64,000 nucleotides of DNA. Source: Phoronis australis (lineage: Eukaryota > Animalia > Phoronida). Of this stretch, positions 1 to 13,400 are shown in pieces. The translations under genes were made by a program, and so were the position numbers. The notes below the pieces were generated by a model that saw only the letters and a program-made list of their open reading frames with translations, was not told where the DNA came from and did no database searches. The stretch is taken from contig NMRA01000197.1 of NCBI GenBank assembly GCA_002633005.1, forward strand, positions 1 to 64,000, in the 5' to 3' direction. How positions within the stretch are numbered: position 1 is the first letter of the stretch; each line of letters begins with the position of its first letter.

Positions 1-1818
1 CAACTCTGTGGTCGTCATAGCAACACAGTTTACCATTCCTGATGGACAACCACAAAAAGTCTAGTGATACCACTGGAATACCAAGCTTGAGTGCTGTCCT
101 GCACTTGTACGTATCAACATTATTTGGATCTGTCGCAATCAGACAAGAACACTGCAAAGAAACCAAGCAATGAAATTATGAATTATTATAATATAGTCTT
201 CTATATGTTGGTCACATAAATCACGTGACCTATAGATAAGTCTAAAAAGAGCTCTGCCCTGACTAGGACTCCACCTTGGGACTTTCTGCTAACCATGCAG
301 ACACTCTAGTCCACTGAGGCATCAGTTGATTACTGTTAAATAATTCAGACTTAATAGGAAGCATCTTACCCAAACTTGGGAATGAGTAAACATAATAATT
401 ACTGCTGAACATTATGAATTACCACAAAACATTCTTAAGTCTGTTTTGCACGCCAACTGTTGGCTAAATCACATGACCTAATGAACATAAGTCTCAAAAG
501 ACTTCAGCCCCCGACCGGGACTCGAACCCAGGACCTTCTGCTAACCGTGCAGACGCTCTAGCCAGACGTTTGTGACCTATATTACTATGCCGGTTCAAGA
601 TTTACATAGTACAAATCATGTTATCATGATTTATAACAAACAGTACGATTAAAGAAAAACGATGAACTATTTAGTCGATGAATCTTCATGTATGGGACTG
701 CAGAACAATGGCATTTTTAATTATTGAAATAGCTCCATATTAACGAAAGAATTCAAAAGACTAATTGCCGGTGTCTAAAAACGTGATGTCGCTTTCTCAC
801 CAACACCCGCAACTCCAGTTTTCCTAATTTCTGCTCAATGGGAAACCTTAACTCCTAGACTTAATTAACCATCACAACTCCTCTCAAAATATGTGTATTA
901 TTTTGTAATTCCACTGCAGAGGGATCCATTTAGGCTTGTAGTAATCGCATCAATCATGCATAACACAACAAGAAATTGGTCATTCTCTGACTCTCAATAG
1001 TTGCACGTAAAGGAACAGAGATCTAACAGGGAATAACACCGATCAGTGTGGCATTATTCATTGTAAATGGTGGGAGATGTTCATTAATCTCAAATACGCC
1101 ATCTGGTGTTTAATCTAGAGAACTTCACAGTAACTCTGATGTCGCCATTCCATGGGAAAGGTAAACCGAGTCGCGATAGACCGGATCTCCCTAATGGGAA
1201 AATCACACAAAGCAAGTTAAATCATGACTTTAAGTGTCAAATGTACACTTGGATGAAAAAGGAACGCCCACAATTGTTTCCAGACAATGAGCAAAAATTC
1301 AGAGCTCAATTAAAAGTGTATGGAAAGAAAAATTGACATAGCTTTGAAGATGCCCAATAGTCTTAGAAACTGTTTTCTGTATCCAAGGTTGGTCTTCTAT
1401 TCCCTTACAGAAATTACTTTATTTGTGAATAATTAGTCAACTGATATAGTTGCTGTAGGTTTTGCCAACCCCAAACAGTCAGAATGAATTGAACACAAAT
1501 CTTTTGTTACAAAGTTCTCCTAGTACGTAGCTCCATGCAGTAGCAATGCTGCAACAGTACTAGAATAATTACATATACTTGTTAAGAAATTCCATGCTAC
1601 TACAAACAACGTCAACAAAAATTATTACAAAGCACTTATTGGAAATAAAAAAATTAATAAAAACATACTTTTTTGTTGATAATATAAGATACAGTGCCAC
1701 CATAATCGGTGATTGCGGCGCGAATTTCTTGTTTTTCTCTGAACTTCAAGTTCGTCGAAAACTCCACAGCTGCTCGCCAGTTTTGAAAAAGTTTCGACTC
1801 TTGATCCTCTGTTACCAT
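1..1818 (-). CDS. PARP4: PARP4 (vault PARP)-like gene, first two coding exons encoding an N-terminal BRCT domain; continues beyond the left edge
   Basis: Exon 1818-1669 (ATG..AAG|gtatg) gives MVTEDQESKLFQNWRAAVEFSTNLKFREKQEIRAAITDYGGTVSYIINKK. It splices in phase 0 to exon 151-1 (ttgcag|) giving CSCLIATDPNNVDTYKCRTALKLGIPVVSLDFLWLSIRNGKLCCYDDHRV. The joined sequence has the BRCT pattern (GG..S...NK-C..LI ... IPVV..DF.W.SI) and resembles the PARP4 N-terminus as I recall it. An acceptor at 1856-1855 implies an upstream non-coding exon. Only the BRCT domain is visible, so the gene name is less certain than the domain. Confidence 0.72.
219..325 (-). mobile_element. tRNA-derived SINE, family A, decayed copy
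   Basis: Similar to 468-566 and 44176-44275 (atcacgtgaccta...ataagtc.aaaa.a...ggactc...ttctgctaaccatgcagacactctag). Confidence 0.6.
468..566 (-). mobile_element. tRNA-derived SINE, family A
   Basis: Minus strand reads ctggctagagcgtctgcacggttagcagaaggtcctgggttcgagtcccggtcggggg, a tRNA-like head with B box GGTTCGAGTCC. A shared tail follows; three copies occur in the window. Confidence 0.7.
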
Positions 1819-2092
1819 ATTGTCACATTCAGGAATCCTTCTTAACACAGCAACCTAAAATAGATTGTGAAAATTGGGCCTGATAAGGCTAATTTAAGGT
1901 GATGTTTAACCATTTTTACGAGGAGGAAAGGGACCGACGTTCGGCCCCAAAACTGAGATATTAATAAAGGGCAATGGTTGGTGTTATTAATTGTCCAGGT
2001 ATTCGTATTTTATTCGCAAGTTCAGTGGCAGTTAACTCAGTGTAATGATTAGATCAGAATCTATATTGAGAATAAGATAATAAAGAAAATTG

Positions 2093-2314
2093 TTACTTGT
2101 AATTAGTCCTATATTTGATTGTTGGTTTCCATGGAAGTCTCATCTCATATTGGCCGTCTTTAAGTTGGGTGATGGGCTCGTAGAAAGTGCTGAGCGAGCC
2201 ATCGCGCAGATCAACATAACGCGCAGAACAGGTGTATACAGTTTTGGTGAATGCCAATTGATTCATTCCCAATATCTTTCTAAGTTCATTGGTGGTTGGG
2301 ACTGTTTCATGCAA
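2093..2314 (-). mobile_element. Degenerate BEL/Pao LTR-retrotransposon pol fragment
   Basis: The peptide FYEPITQLKDGQYEMRLPWK resembles the DGRY.V.LPWK block upstream of the RT domain in BEL/Pao elements. It is isolated, with no LTRs seen. Confidence 0.5.
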
Positions 2315-4365
2315 CCGGGCACTGGTTCCCTAAATCAGGGAACATTGTATCGGACCACTGTGCCTATCAAACACTTACCCCGTTGGTTCTTTGGTTCAGC
2401 TAATGAGAGCTATTGATCCACGTTCCTTCGGGCGGTGCAGGCAATCTGCCTAATCACGTATCACTTGAATTATTTACCAGCCGACAGTGCTGCACTATCA
2501 CGTGTAAATAATTGTTTACTGATACTGATACTGTGTTGTGCTGTCTCTCATGTAGCCAGCCAGCTAGCTGTATGAAGACTGTTGTCAAAATATATTATAT
2601 TATATACAGTTTTGTACCAACTCAAGTCCAAGGCTGTATCTCTCATGACTTCCACTGTTCCAGCATATTAACAAGTCAATCTGGTTTTCACAATGTAGAT
2701 TAGATTTTTTTACTCAGACATGTGATTCAGCCAATTTTTCACCAGGAAACGTAATGTTTACCTGCAACTTACTTCCTTGTAATTGCCTAACCTCCGTGTG
2801 TGTTGTGACCTTCTGTGTCATGCGACACGATGACCGAATTTTCGTTTCAGTTGAACACAACAATAGAGACATCTCACGGCGTCTCGTAGCACTGTTTTCC
2901 GTGACTGGACATGAGGGCCCCGGACTGGCGACGCCGGGTGCTGCCCTGATCATAGTGCAGAGATTGAGGTGAGTCTGGGAAATCGCTTTTTTCTATCATA
3001 AACAGCCAAGATGACGATTTTAAAGTTAACTAGAACTGAAGATAAAAGATTCATTTTAACAGGAGGGTAGGCTACTTCCATTTTGTAGACCAAAAATTCC
3101 AAAACTTGGGTATAGACGTACAGGTACTACAACCTACACTAAGTGACATTCCATGTAATTGGCCTTAGCGAATTTTGCGCATTGTAGTTCATAGTGTGAA
3201 GTGAATGCTGTTAGAATGAGTTGCACGTTTTTGCCGCTTACTCTTGAACAGTTGGGAGGCGCACCGCGGGCGGGCCGCCGCGATCTGAGAAGCCGGCGGC
3301 TTGACTCATGATGACGTTGGGATCGAGTACTCACCACTGAGCACCACTGGGGCAGTCATTACGGGTCGAAAAAGAAGTCACAGGGCATTCAAAAGAATAT
3401 TTGTCTACTAACATATGACACCCCGCTAATTTCGGCGCCCTGGCCAAGACATTTTTGTTAAGCCTATGATCCCAATTAATGAAAACTCTCATAATGCTCA
3501 CTTAGTGAAAACATGCTCTTTTGTTTGCACAGCCGTTCAGAGCCGAAATTGATTGAGATTTTCAACTGAGTTGAAGAGGGACTGCTGGCAAAGCTGTATT
3601 TCTCCAGTATACAAGAAATTCTCAGTCATTTGTTGATTTTTTCCGTTTTTTAATAGATAAATTAATCTTGGTTGTAGCGGGTGTGCTGATAACCGTTCCG
3701 TCCTCTTTTTGATTTTCTCAATTTTTTTCTTAAAGCGGTTATGAGCCTCAGCCTTAATCGAGTCCAACAACTGTTGATTTAGATCACCTGCCCGACGGAA
3801 AAGCAAGGTTGGCTGCCTCAGGGGGATTTGTTCTCCAACAGTTGTCATAAGTCCGCTCGCATACTGTCTGGTGGGGTAAAAAGCAGAAGAGATTGTGATA
3901 ATGAGGAATCTCTGTCGGGGCGCATTGGAGGCACTAAGTTTGCCGAAGTCAAATAAGTTTGACATACTATACCCGGCCTCATTCGGGTACTCCTCGGGGT
4001 ATACTGGGTGGAAACTCGGGTCAACTATGAAAACAGGATGCGGTCCACTGCTTAAATCGAGTGGTCCGGAAACTGTCGAGCGGTCAGTGGAGGGTTGTGT
4101 AATTCATACTTGTTCCTCAACCCCCGTGCCTTAGCCTCCAGTTCCGGCTGAGCCTAGCTACGAGTACATCACATGCCGTATTGCAGTCAACACGGCCGTG
4201 ACAACAGATGGGACTTTTCTAAAACCGTTTCCTAGGTCTCGGCACCAAACGACGTTTCGGTCAGTCATTGTTTCACTGGTCACCACTGACCTCAAAGCAC
4301 TTTTACTAAGTCGAGTATGATATCCATCAGTTAACAAAATATTTCAACATCTGTAGGGATTCCGG

Positions 4366-4539
4366 CTGGGGCGGATCCAGGATTTTTATTTAGGGGGGGG
4401 GGGCAGGGCACATTATCATGATTAGTCAGGATTTTGCCCGGACGGCATACTCCAAACCCAGGCTGCCAAATGGAATAATCCGGGAGTTTTAGGGGGGGGG
4501 GGGGCATGGCCTCCTTGGCCCCCTCTAAATCCGCCACTG
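4366..4539. mobile_element. Short non-autonomous TIR element (MITE) with poly-G tracts
   Basis: Left end ctggggcggatccagg and right end aaatccgccactg (reverse complement cagtggcggattt) form imperfect TIRs. Two long G runs lie inside. No clean TSD. Confidence 0.55.
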
Positions 4540-7456
4540 GGATTTATCCAGATTGCTCATGAACTGGAAAGGAACGGTTATTTTGTAAGTGTTCTCTAGG
4601 TGAAGTGATGGTCCAGAAAAAACGTTCGGGCGGTTTTCAGTGAAGGGAATGTTGTCCGACACAAAAGGGTACCTTTTTGCATAAGAATATTTATCCTTCA
4701 GTGTCACCCCTTTGCCTTGTGAGTGGCCCGTCCTGCATCCTCCTGAGTGCCGCTGCGCGGCGGCTGACTTAGGGGAATCGACCTGGAACGATGCGACCGA
4801 ATTAGGCCCATGCGTCGATATGTCACTGGAAACCTTCAGACGTAGGCGACATTTGGCGAATATCGGCATCGAGTAATGACTGACGACGAAGGCAACGACG
4901 GCTAAGACGAAACTTTACGGCATGATCCCGTTGCTCCCAACTTGCTCGGTTTTTTAGCCCAACAACAAGTTGCCCGGCCGTTGCCAATATCTTACACGAC
5001 TGATTAACTCCGTTCAGGCATTTATTTAAGTTGTAACATATTTAAATATCAAACTAATAGCATTTCTGAAATTTTCGTCAAATGGTGATCATGTTAAGTG
5101 TTTGGTTCGCCAAAATCGCCCAACTGAAACCGAACTTACGACAATCTATTCTTTCCGAATGTAGGCAATTCACTCTGGGTTTGACTGTGTTCACCCCTGG
5201 TCTATAATAAACCTGGCGTGCGTTCAGTAGACGCTAGGACCTACGCTAGGATCTAGCCAAAAGCTAGTCAAGGTCACGTGCTCGTATTTTTAAATGTTCT
5301 CTGGGTGAAGTGATATTGCAGTGTATTTTAAAAAATACACTGCAATATCTCGCGTAATCTCGCAAAGTCTTGCTTTTAAAGGTCCTAGCGTTACTGAACG
5401 GGAGGCTGGTAGATAATTAGCCTGCCTGTTGTCATAACAGACAAAAAACTTTGCTTGGTAGTTTACAAAGAAGCTAGATGTTATCACACGCTCACAACCC
5501 TCTATGTCTGGTAAAGTCACTGAGCGGCGGGAAAACGCCGTCATGAACGACCGTCACGACATAAACAACGGAGTAGGAGGCGATTTCCAATCCCAGGATA
5601 TCAGTCGCAGCCAATGCACCGTCAACAACAAACACTCTAACGAAAGGCCACCGGTACCAAGTGCCAATATTGCGATAGTGCATTTGACTGGATAGTTCAG
5701 GAAAGTCGCGCACCAACACTCATGTAAAGCACTTAACACCTCATTATCTATAACGATTGTGAGGTAGGCATCTGATGGGAATTCGCTAGCAGAAGAACAA
5801 CAAACTATCCATGCCGACTGTTCCTGTCAAATCCGAAGATTAAGATAGGGCTTCTTCATTTCAAACACACGGATGGCAAGGAAATTGAGGCCGAGGTCAC
5901 TCTAAGCTACGTTTCGTCCCGTTTAGCTGAGTAAAAACGAAAATGCACTTGTGCTTTTTCACACATCCTTACCACGTGATAGGATTTATTTCCGTCACGG
6001 CCAACTCAAATCACTGGGTATGCCTACATGCACTATTTTCGAATTGGCAATTATACGATAAAAACACCCAACTTTGAAACGTTTTTCTTGAGATCATATG
6101 CGCTGATTGTTTCAATATTCATGTTGGTAACAGTAATACAACCCTATCACCGTATCATAGTACGAGGCAAATATGAGAGCCAAAGGTCCAATTCGATTTT
6201 CGCTTTTATTTTAGTAGTTAAGCAGGACAAAATGCACCTTCAACCATATGTAGTAAGTATGTAGGGTTGGAGCGCAATTTTTATCTTTATTTTTAGAAAA
6301 CCGAAACTATTAACAGTAAGTACCCACAGTACAACCAACATGACATACCACGCACCCAGGGTGACCCATCTACATTAGAAAAAAAGCAATGCACAATATT
6401 TGAAAAATATGCTTTAATTGGAACCAAACCAAATTATTTACCAATAGTTTCAAATTAACAATTAGGAATCAAATAAAACAAAATAAAATAAGAAAAATCT
6501 GAATTACAAGATAAATAAAAATAAATAGCTGAATTTCTTATTAAGTAGGTCACAAAAGCAAGTGGATAAACCAACCCTTGGGCTGAGTATTGGCTACACA
6601 GATACATATTACACAAATTCTTCAGTTAATTTGAACAAAAATTCAAAGGTTAACTTCCTGGCTATGGGAAGTCAAAATTTGAATGCCACTAACAATCCAA
6701 CCTAATTTTCTTCACAGTATCACAGTCTTTCTTTAATTTAATTTTACTAACAAGTTTTGGGAAATACACAAAATTTTCATTATCATAAAATAAGGAAGCA
6801 AACCACCAGTGAATCCCAATTTTGGCAGTGACAACCACATGCTACCACTTAAAGGACTTTACTCTACTCATTGGGTTGCCACAGAGGGCGCCAAAGTTGA
6901 GGAACTCAAAAATCAAGGGATGAATTAACCTCAGCATGGATGCTTAAAAACAATATTGCTGAGAAGTCGAGATTAGGGGCATACCCAAACGTTGGACTGG
7001 GTTAACGCCCAGGGTGATGCATAGACATCTTATTTCATGCGCAAGTCAAATGAAACATCTACGGACTGTAAAGGGGTTTTGAAAGGAGTGATCCCAAATG
7101 GTAGTTCAGTAATACTACATACTTTTTTACACAAGTTTTTGACATGTCCGATATAAACATTACACACCCAATAAGATGTCCATGGCTTACATGGCTGTTT
7201 GCATTATTTTTGTACATAAGAATACTTAATTAGTCTAATAGCAGAATCCATAGGAGCTAAAAGAATCATCGATGTTTCCTTCAGGGGTAAGCCGAGCAAG
7301 GGCGGTTAAAAGTGAAAATTTGGAAATTTCTGGGCTGGGCAGTAAGCAGAGCATGAGGTCGTTAAAAATGGATGAGAACATCAAACAAAATATGCAATAA
7401 AAACTCCAAACTTTTGAGACACGGAATAACCAAACACAGCCTGCACCAGGATGAAT

Positions 7457-10400
7457 TTACATAAGAAAGTTTTTGATCACTTTTTGAATAGGTCTTCTAC
7501 AAACTGGACAAGATTTTCCCCGTCGTCTGAGGCGCTTCGCACACGAGTAACAACAGATTTGGTGACCAGTCTTTCCGTGAACAATACTCGAGTCCTTTGG
7601 TCTTGACAAACAGATCACACACAAGTCATTGCAAGTGGGGTTCGTATCACTACCTTGACTGAATGGTGCAGACGTCTGGTGGGAGTGTGTCACAATGCCA
7701 CTGGTACTCGGTATGCTATGGGAAATTTCCGTACCTGATGTCTCAACATCTTTCTGAATTGACTCAGAACTTAGTTGAGCCGAAGAGGAAGGGACACTTT
7801 CATTAACAGCCGAAGAGGAAGGGACACTCTCATTATTATTTGAAGGTAATGGAGTACTTTTTTCGCACTTATCTTCTGGGATCAACATGGATGCCTGACT
7901 ACTAGTTTGTGCAGAGGATTTGGCAACTTGAGAAGCCATTGGCAACTTCTTACTGACAGGGTCATTAAACTGGGATACCTCACAAAATTCATTGTGAGAA
8001 CTACTTTGGTGTGAAGAAATTGTGCTGTTTTGAGTCGTAGAAGTGTTGACTGTTTTCCAGTCAAATGCATGGAGCGCCAGATGACGGCTACTAAATGTAC
8101 GACTAACAAGGGCAGGCGCTGGGTGAACTATAGTATTGGAGTCCGTCTTAAGTGATGAACCTCCCCCGTCCACTTCACTCAAAGTCTTGCTCCTCTTGTT
8201 TGACCCTCCACAGAACAGGGACACACTTTCCCGAGAATCACACGCCGATATCTCCAAGTCCATAGAAGTCTGCTTACACTCTTTCGAAGAAGGTTGTACG
8301 TTCCCTGGCATACCGTTACCAAATTGCTTAAGCCCAACAAATGAGAATAACGGGCGGTCATTGGAATCCTTTTCATCTGGAATAACATCTTTAGTAGTAT
8401 CATTGTCAGCTTTGTTGGCTTTTCCAGAGAATGAAAATGGAGATTCTGTGTTTGTGGCATTTAGCTCACATCTAATCTCATGATGGTCATCAGTATTCTC
8501 AATAACTTTTGAAGGTGCTCCATCAGTGACATCAGACCCATGGGCGATGAACTTGCTCACAAAGCACGGTGTTACAGAAGACTTCTCTATGTGCCTGTTG
8601 GACCTTTTTAGTTTTTTCCGCTTGCGCGGAGCATCACTCAAGTCTGAATCGCTCGGGTCACTGTAGAAACCCATGGCTGATTGTGCTAAGGGTGCCAATG
8701 ATGAACTGACACATTTTGTACCATCTAGCTTTGGGTTGGGCCAACTGAGATCCCCGGCAGGAGCAGATATGGATCGACGATAAGACCGGCGTTTGAATGT
8801 TGGCCTGTGTTCAGGCAGCCAGCCAGGACGGAGCTTCCAACATCGACTACAGCAGCGTTGCAATGGAGAGTTCAGCATGTCACATTCGGAACACCTCCAC
8901 TTGTCCTGTGAAGAGGAAGACCGATTACAAGAATTACTGGCTAAAGAACAACTTCACAGTGAAAACATGCTTTGGCTTGATCAGTACATCCACAAGGTAA
9001 ACTTTCCCGAAATTCAAAACCTTTTAATGCTTATCAGATTATTGGCTGACAGAAGAACACGCCTGCACAGGTGACATTTCCAAAATTTATCACTAACTGA
9101 AGAAAAAATCACGGGTAATTATTCTGTTTGTTCGACAAACACAAGGTGTCAAGACTGAGAAATGAAAAAAAAAACAGGAGATGGGTCTTAATTGAGATGG
9201 GAAACGAATAATTTATATTAGAATTTTCTTAATTCGGGGATGGAAGTTTACCCCCAAATGCAAATTAAGGCAAGTGCCCAAGGAACTGTATTTGTGTCTC
9301 ATCACTTCGTGTGAAACAGTGAGTCATAAATCAACATTTGTTACAGAGTGACTGAATGATTCTCCATCAACTCAGGAAGAACTAGTAGCACTAAACCTGT
9401 ACTTACTGCCAACTTTTGATTTAGGCCACTAACAAGTGGTCTTATCTTATACCTTTCACAGTAAAGTAATCTCAGGGATCTGGGAGAGTTGACTGTTTGT
9501 TATTGTTTAAGACCAGACTCGTTGGGTTTCAGATTGTGGTATTTCTGCTTAAAAACTGCTTAGTTCGAGATTGGACTAATGTGAAGTTATAATCAAGGCC
9601 TATTTGAAGTTCTCGCAACTGTTTTTATTAATGAACGAGTCTACAATTTAAAGTGATTTCAACCATGTTAGTGCTGAAACTATGAGGACATATTGCACAA
9701 TCCATGGCTAGATCACATACTAGTAGATTATAAAGTGAAGGGCATTTACCTGCGGTGATATTTCCAAGTCAGACTCTGAATCACTATCATCTAAATCTGC
9801 AAAACAATCCACGTCGCTGTCTTGAAAAGTAACGTATATCTCCTGCAAGCACAAAAGAACAACGCAAAATAAACCCAAGGTAGAACGCCACATGCAGCAA
9901 ACAGACAATCGGGAATTACGTTATGTTCATTTTCACTGGACAGTTAGTCAAACTGCAGTCAGCCGGAACAATGAATGAAACATGAAAGAAGAATTTGAAC
10001 ACAGTATCGTTCAAAATACACCACGGAGTCAGAGAGCCACCGTCATTTCAGAGAGTGAAAGCCACCCTTACATCACAAACAATTATACTACTTTGCACTC
10101 AGTGTAAAATTTTAACATACACACCTCTTCATCACTTGACTCCAGAATTTCCGTGTTGGCACCAGAATCCTTGGAGTTGTCCGAATCTACATCATATTCC
10201 ACAGAGAACCCTCCATCAGACTCTATCTCCACATCTTCAAGAAACCAAAGGTCATCCGATGAGCTCTGCACCACGGCCGTTTCATATCCCTGAAAAGAAA
10301 ATCCAAACCTGATTCTCAAGCAAGAAAAACGGTATTTGTATGCATCGAAATAAGTACACAAATACAATGAGTAAAACGCATCCCATTACACGAACTTTGG

Positions 10401-13400
10401 ATCTTTTTCAGCAGTATGACAAGTACCAAAGTTAAAGACAGGGGTACGATAGGTGGAAATGCACAGGCAATGGAGGTTTAATTATCTGGGGCAGTTGAGT
10501 TGCCCCTCGTCATCACAATTTTGTCATAAACGGGTCGGACTTAAGATGACCAGGGATGGTATGTGAAGAATTACTGACAATGGCGAGTCGGCGAAAACAT
10601 CTGAAGTTGGCAGCATTGGGAAATGATGGCGAGTGTTAAACAACATAGGAGAATAAACACTTCCCCAGCTACGGGTTAACCATAGACGATTACAGTCAAG
10701 TTTAGCTATTCAATGAACGAAAAATTTGACTAATAATTAGATGATTCCACTGTAAGATATTCCCAACATATTAAGAACACCATACCTGTATACTGAGCAC
10801 CTCACTGGCACTGTCTTCTGATGCCTTAACAACAAAATAGAGGGAGCCACTGTCTGAATCACTGCCACATGTTACGCTCCATGAAGACTTCCTGCCAGCA
10901 CTCTCCTTATCCGAGGAGTGGTCAGACTTGCCTGAACACAAAAAGGTTATAGATTGGGTATCATAGGCAATAAATACATTGCAAAAGGTGTTGACAGGTT
11001 GACATTTTGTGTGTCGCTAGATGTACAACAACAAGAGTTAAGCCCAGAAAGCATTCGAGATCATTATATCTGGGCACGAGACGGTGAGAGTACTTCGTTT
11101 GCACCCTTCACATTCAATTCGTTTTGAAGATCTCGTTTCATCTTATTTTCTTCTCTAAGGTGGTAACGTGGCCAAGTGGGATAATTGATGCTCCCTTTAC
11201 TCAAGGTCGTGGGTGCGAGTCCCACTGTTGTACACTGCTAGACCCTTGAGTCAGGTCTCCAGATCCACAGCCCGTGTTTCACAACATATTAATAATCAAA
11301 AGAAGAAAAATTGTTCCAGGCTATCAGTGCAATAGGCCCACAAGAGCAGCCTGCGAACGTCTTGTACAACTTTACCAGCCCTCGTGCAACTTCTGCTAAT
11401 AAAAGAAAACCTTTCTGCTTAAAAAATAAACAAAGTACCAAATAGAGGAAGTGATAATTATTCGGACGGAGCTGGATTCCGCAAAATGGGAGACAAGTGC
11501 ACATTTGTATTGAAATTGCATTCACAATGCCTACATGATACACAACAAAATTCATGGGTGTTAATATCATCACGCACTGGTGCACACTGTGTATCCTAAC
11601 ATTGTTATTGCTGTGAAGCTTTCAGTTACCACAAAATTTTACAGTGTGTAAACCTCAAAAAAATATCCAAACTCCACAAACTTTGTAACATCACACCTCA
11701 GAAATGGCCGACTGGATTCAAATGAAACTGACAGATACTATGCTTTATACCACAATATCAGCGTCAAATGGCATATACAACCGTGTAATAACCCATAAAG
11801 TTATCTCACTAGTGAGACAACGATTTGGCGGGAAACCGAGGACGGAGTCGAACCCGGGACCCTGGAACTGCTGGTCGCCGACTTTACCACTACACCATGC
11901 AGCGACTGACGACATCAAGAGTGAAAATAGAATACTTAAATGAGCACGCGCAATAATCGCACGTTCAACAAACTGCATTGTACTGTACTTATACGCTACG
12001 AAAAATAAGACATATAATTTCCATAAAAATGATATCTTAATTCAGTGAAATTTTTCTCTCGAGTCCTCTTACTTGTAAATCACCGATCTCCAGTTTGAAT
12101 GTGGGTATCATGTCGTCAGGATCTTTGACTTGAGAATTATATTCAGTTACCAGTGGTAACCTACTTTAGCAGACGATAATTTCCCGGTCGAAGCTTAGCG
12201 TGAAAAAAACGGGTTTTAAGCTATAATAGTTGCTTAACCTTAATTTAGAGATTCATTTCATTTCTATTTTGTTTAAATTTCCAATTGGTTTTGAGTATAA
12301 GCATTATTTATAAGCATTATTCGGCTTTTCTTAAAAGGTCACGACCTCTGACCCCGGGCCTCTGACATAGAAAGTAGTTACAAAGCCGAGGTGAGTCGAG
12401 AAAGGTAGATCGATTCATTGCAATGTTTCTCGTTAAGTATGTGGTATAAATAGATTATTACATGTTCTCAGACGCTATCCCCCTTATCTAGAGCCCTCGT
12501 GGATTTTGGAGAATTATCACCCTCGGGGCTAACGCCCCTCAGGCGATAATTCTCCAAAATCCACTCGGGCTCTAGTTAACGGGGGATAACGACTTCGCCA
12601 TGTAATAATCTATATTTATGCACTGTTCTATGAAACAAAGTAAGGAACTGTTTTTAAAGTAGTTCCTCTTTTGCAAGAGGGGAAATCAGAAATAGAACTT
12701 TCAGGATTTTTATGGAAAGGTTCCAAATAAAATTTGCACAGAAGGAAAAAACACTGAGTTAGAAAAATGTAACTACAACATTTTAAGACTTCCATAAAAA
12801 ATTCATCAAGTATGTTTTGATACTGACAGTTGTTTTACAAAGGAATGTTCTTTTCTCTCTAAATTAAATTTTAGTACAAAGACATGGTCGCATGTCCCAA
12901 TTATTGGCAGATTGGTATATTAGGTCAAATCAAATTCTACTGAAATTCTATTTTCAGAAAATATTTTATCGAGCTCAATTCTACAGTTTCGTAGATTTTT
13001 GGAAAAATGTGCGGACTTGCTAATACGGTTACACATAAAGTTCAAATGCAAGTGCTAAAATTTTGCACGTACCTGACTTCTGTTTCTTTCTCCTTCGCCT
13101 CCTCTTCACATTCTTAATACCAGAGTCTGATTCATTGGATGCAGCTGTGGTCACGTTTCTACAGTCACCCACTGTCTCTGGGACACTAGGTACTCCAGGA
13201 GGCTTCTGAATGAAAACGGCGAAGTTGAATCACATGTGCACGAGTTTTGATTATGAGTTCTCATGAAAACAACTCGTCATTATGGCAATACATATTCATT
13301 ACTGTTGTACAGAATGGGTGTCTAAATTTAAAACAGCTGCGGCAATGTTCTTGCCTGAGGTCTAATTAGTCGTTAACTTTTGAAAACAAAGCAAATTTAA

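Noticed and set aside
468-566. Possible tRNA genes here and at about 11160, 11830, 40480, 42570 and 44220
   Set aside because: They have A/B boxes but no complete cloverleaf, and they continue into shared non-tRNA tails. They are SINE heads.
1106-1336. 76-aa plus-strand ORF with protein-like composition
   Set aside because: Non-ATG start, no recognisable domain and no convincing splice sites; it lies antisense within a PARP4 intron.
3537-3965. 142-aa minus-strand ORF
   Set aside because: No family motif that I can recognise. It sits in a patch of decayed element-like sequence.
9060-9097. DKFWKCHLC on the minus strand, resembling a second MDM zinc-finger start
   Set aside because: It is out of phase with the nearby acceptors, stops soon after and lacks the second Cys pair. 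The true finger starts at 8905.
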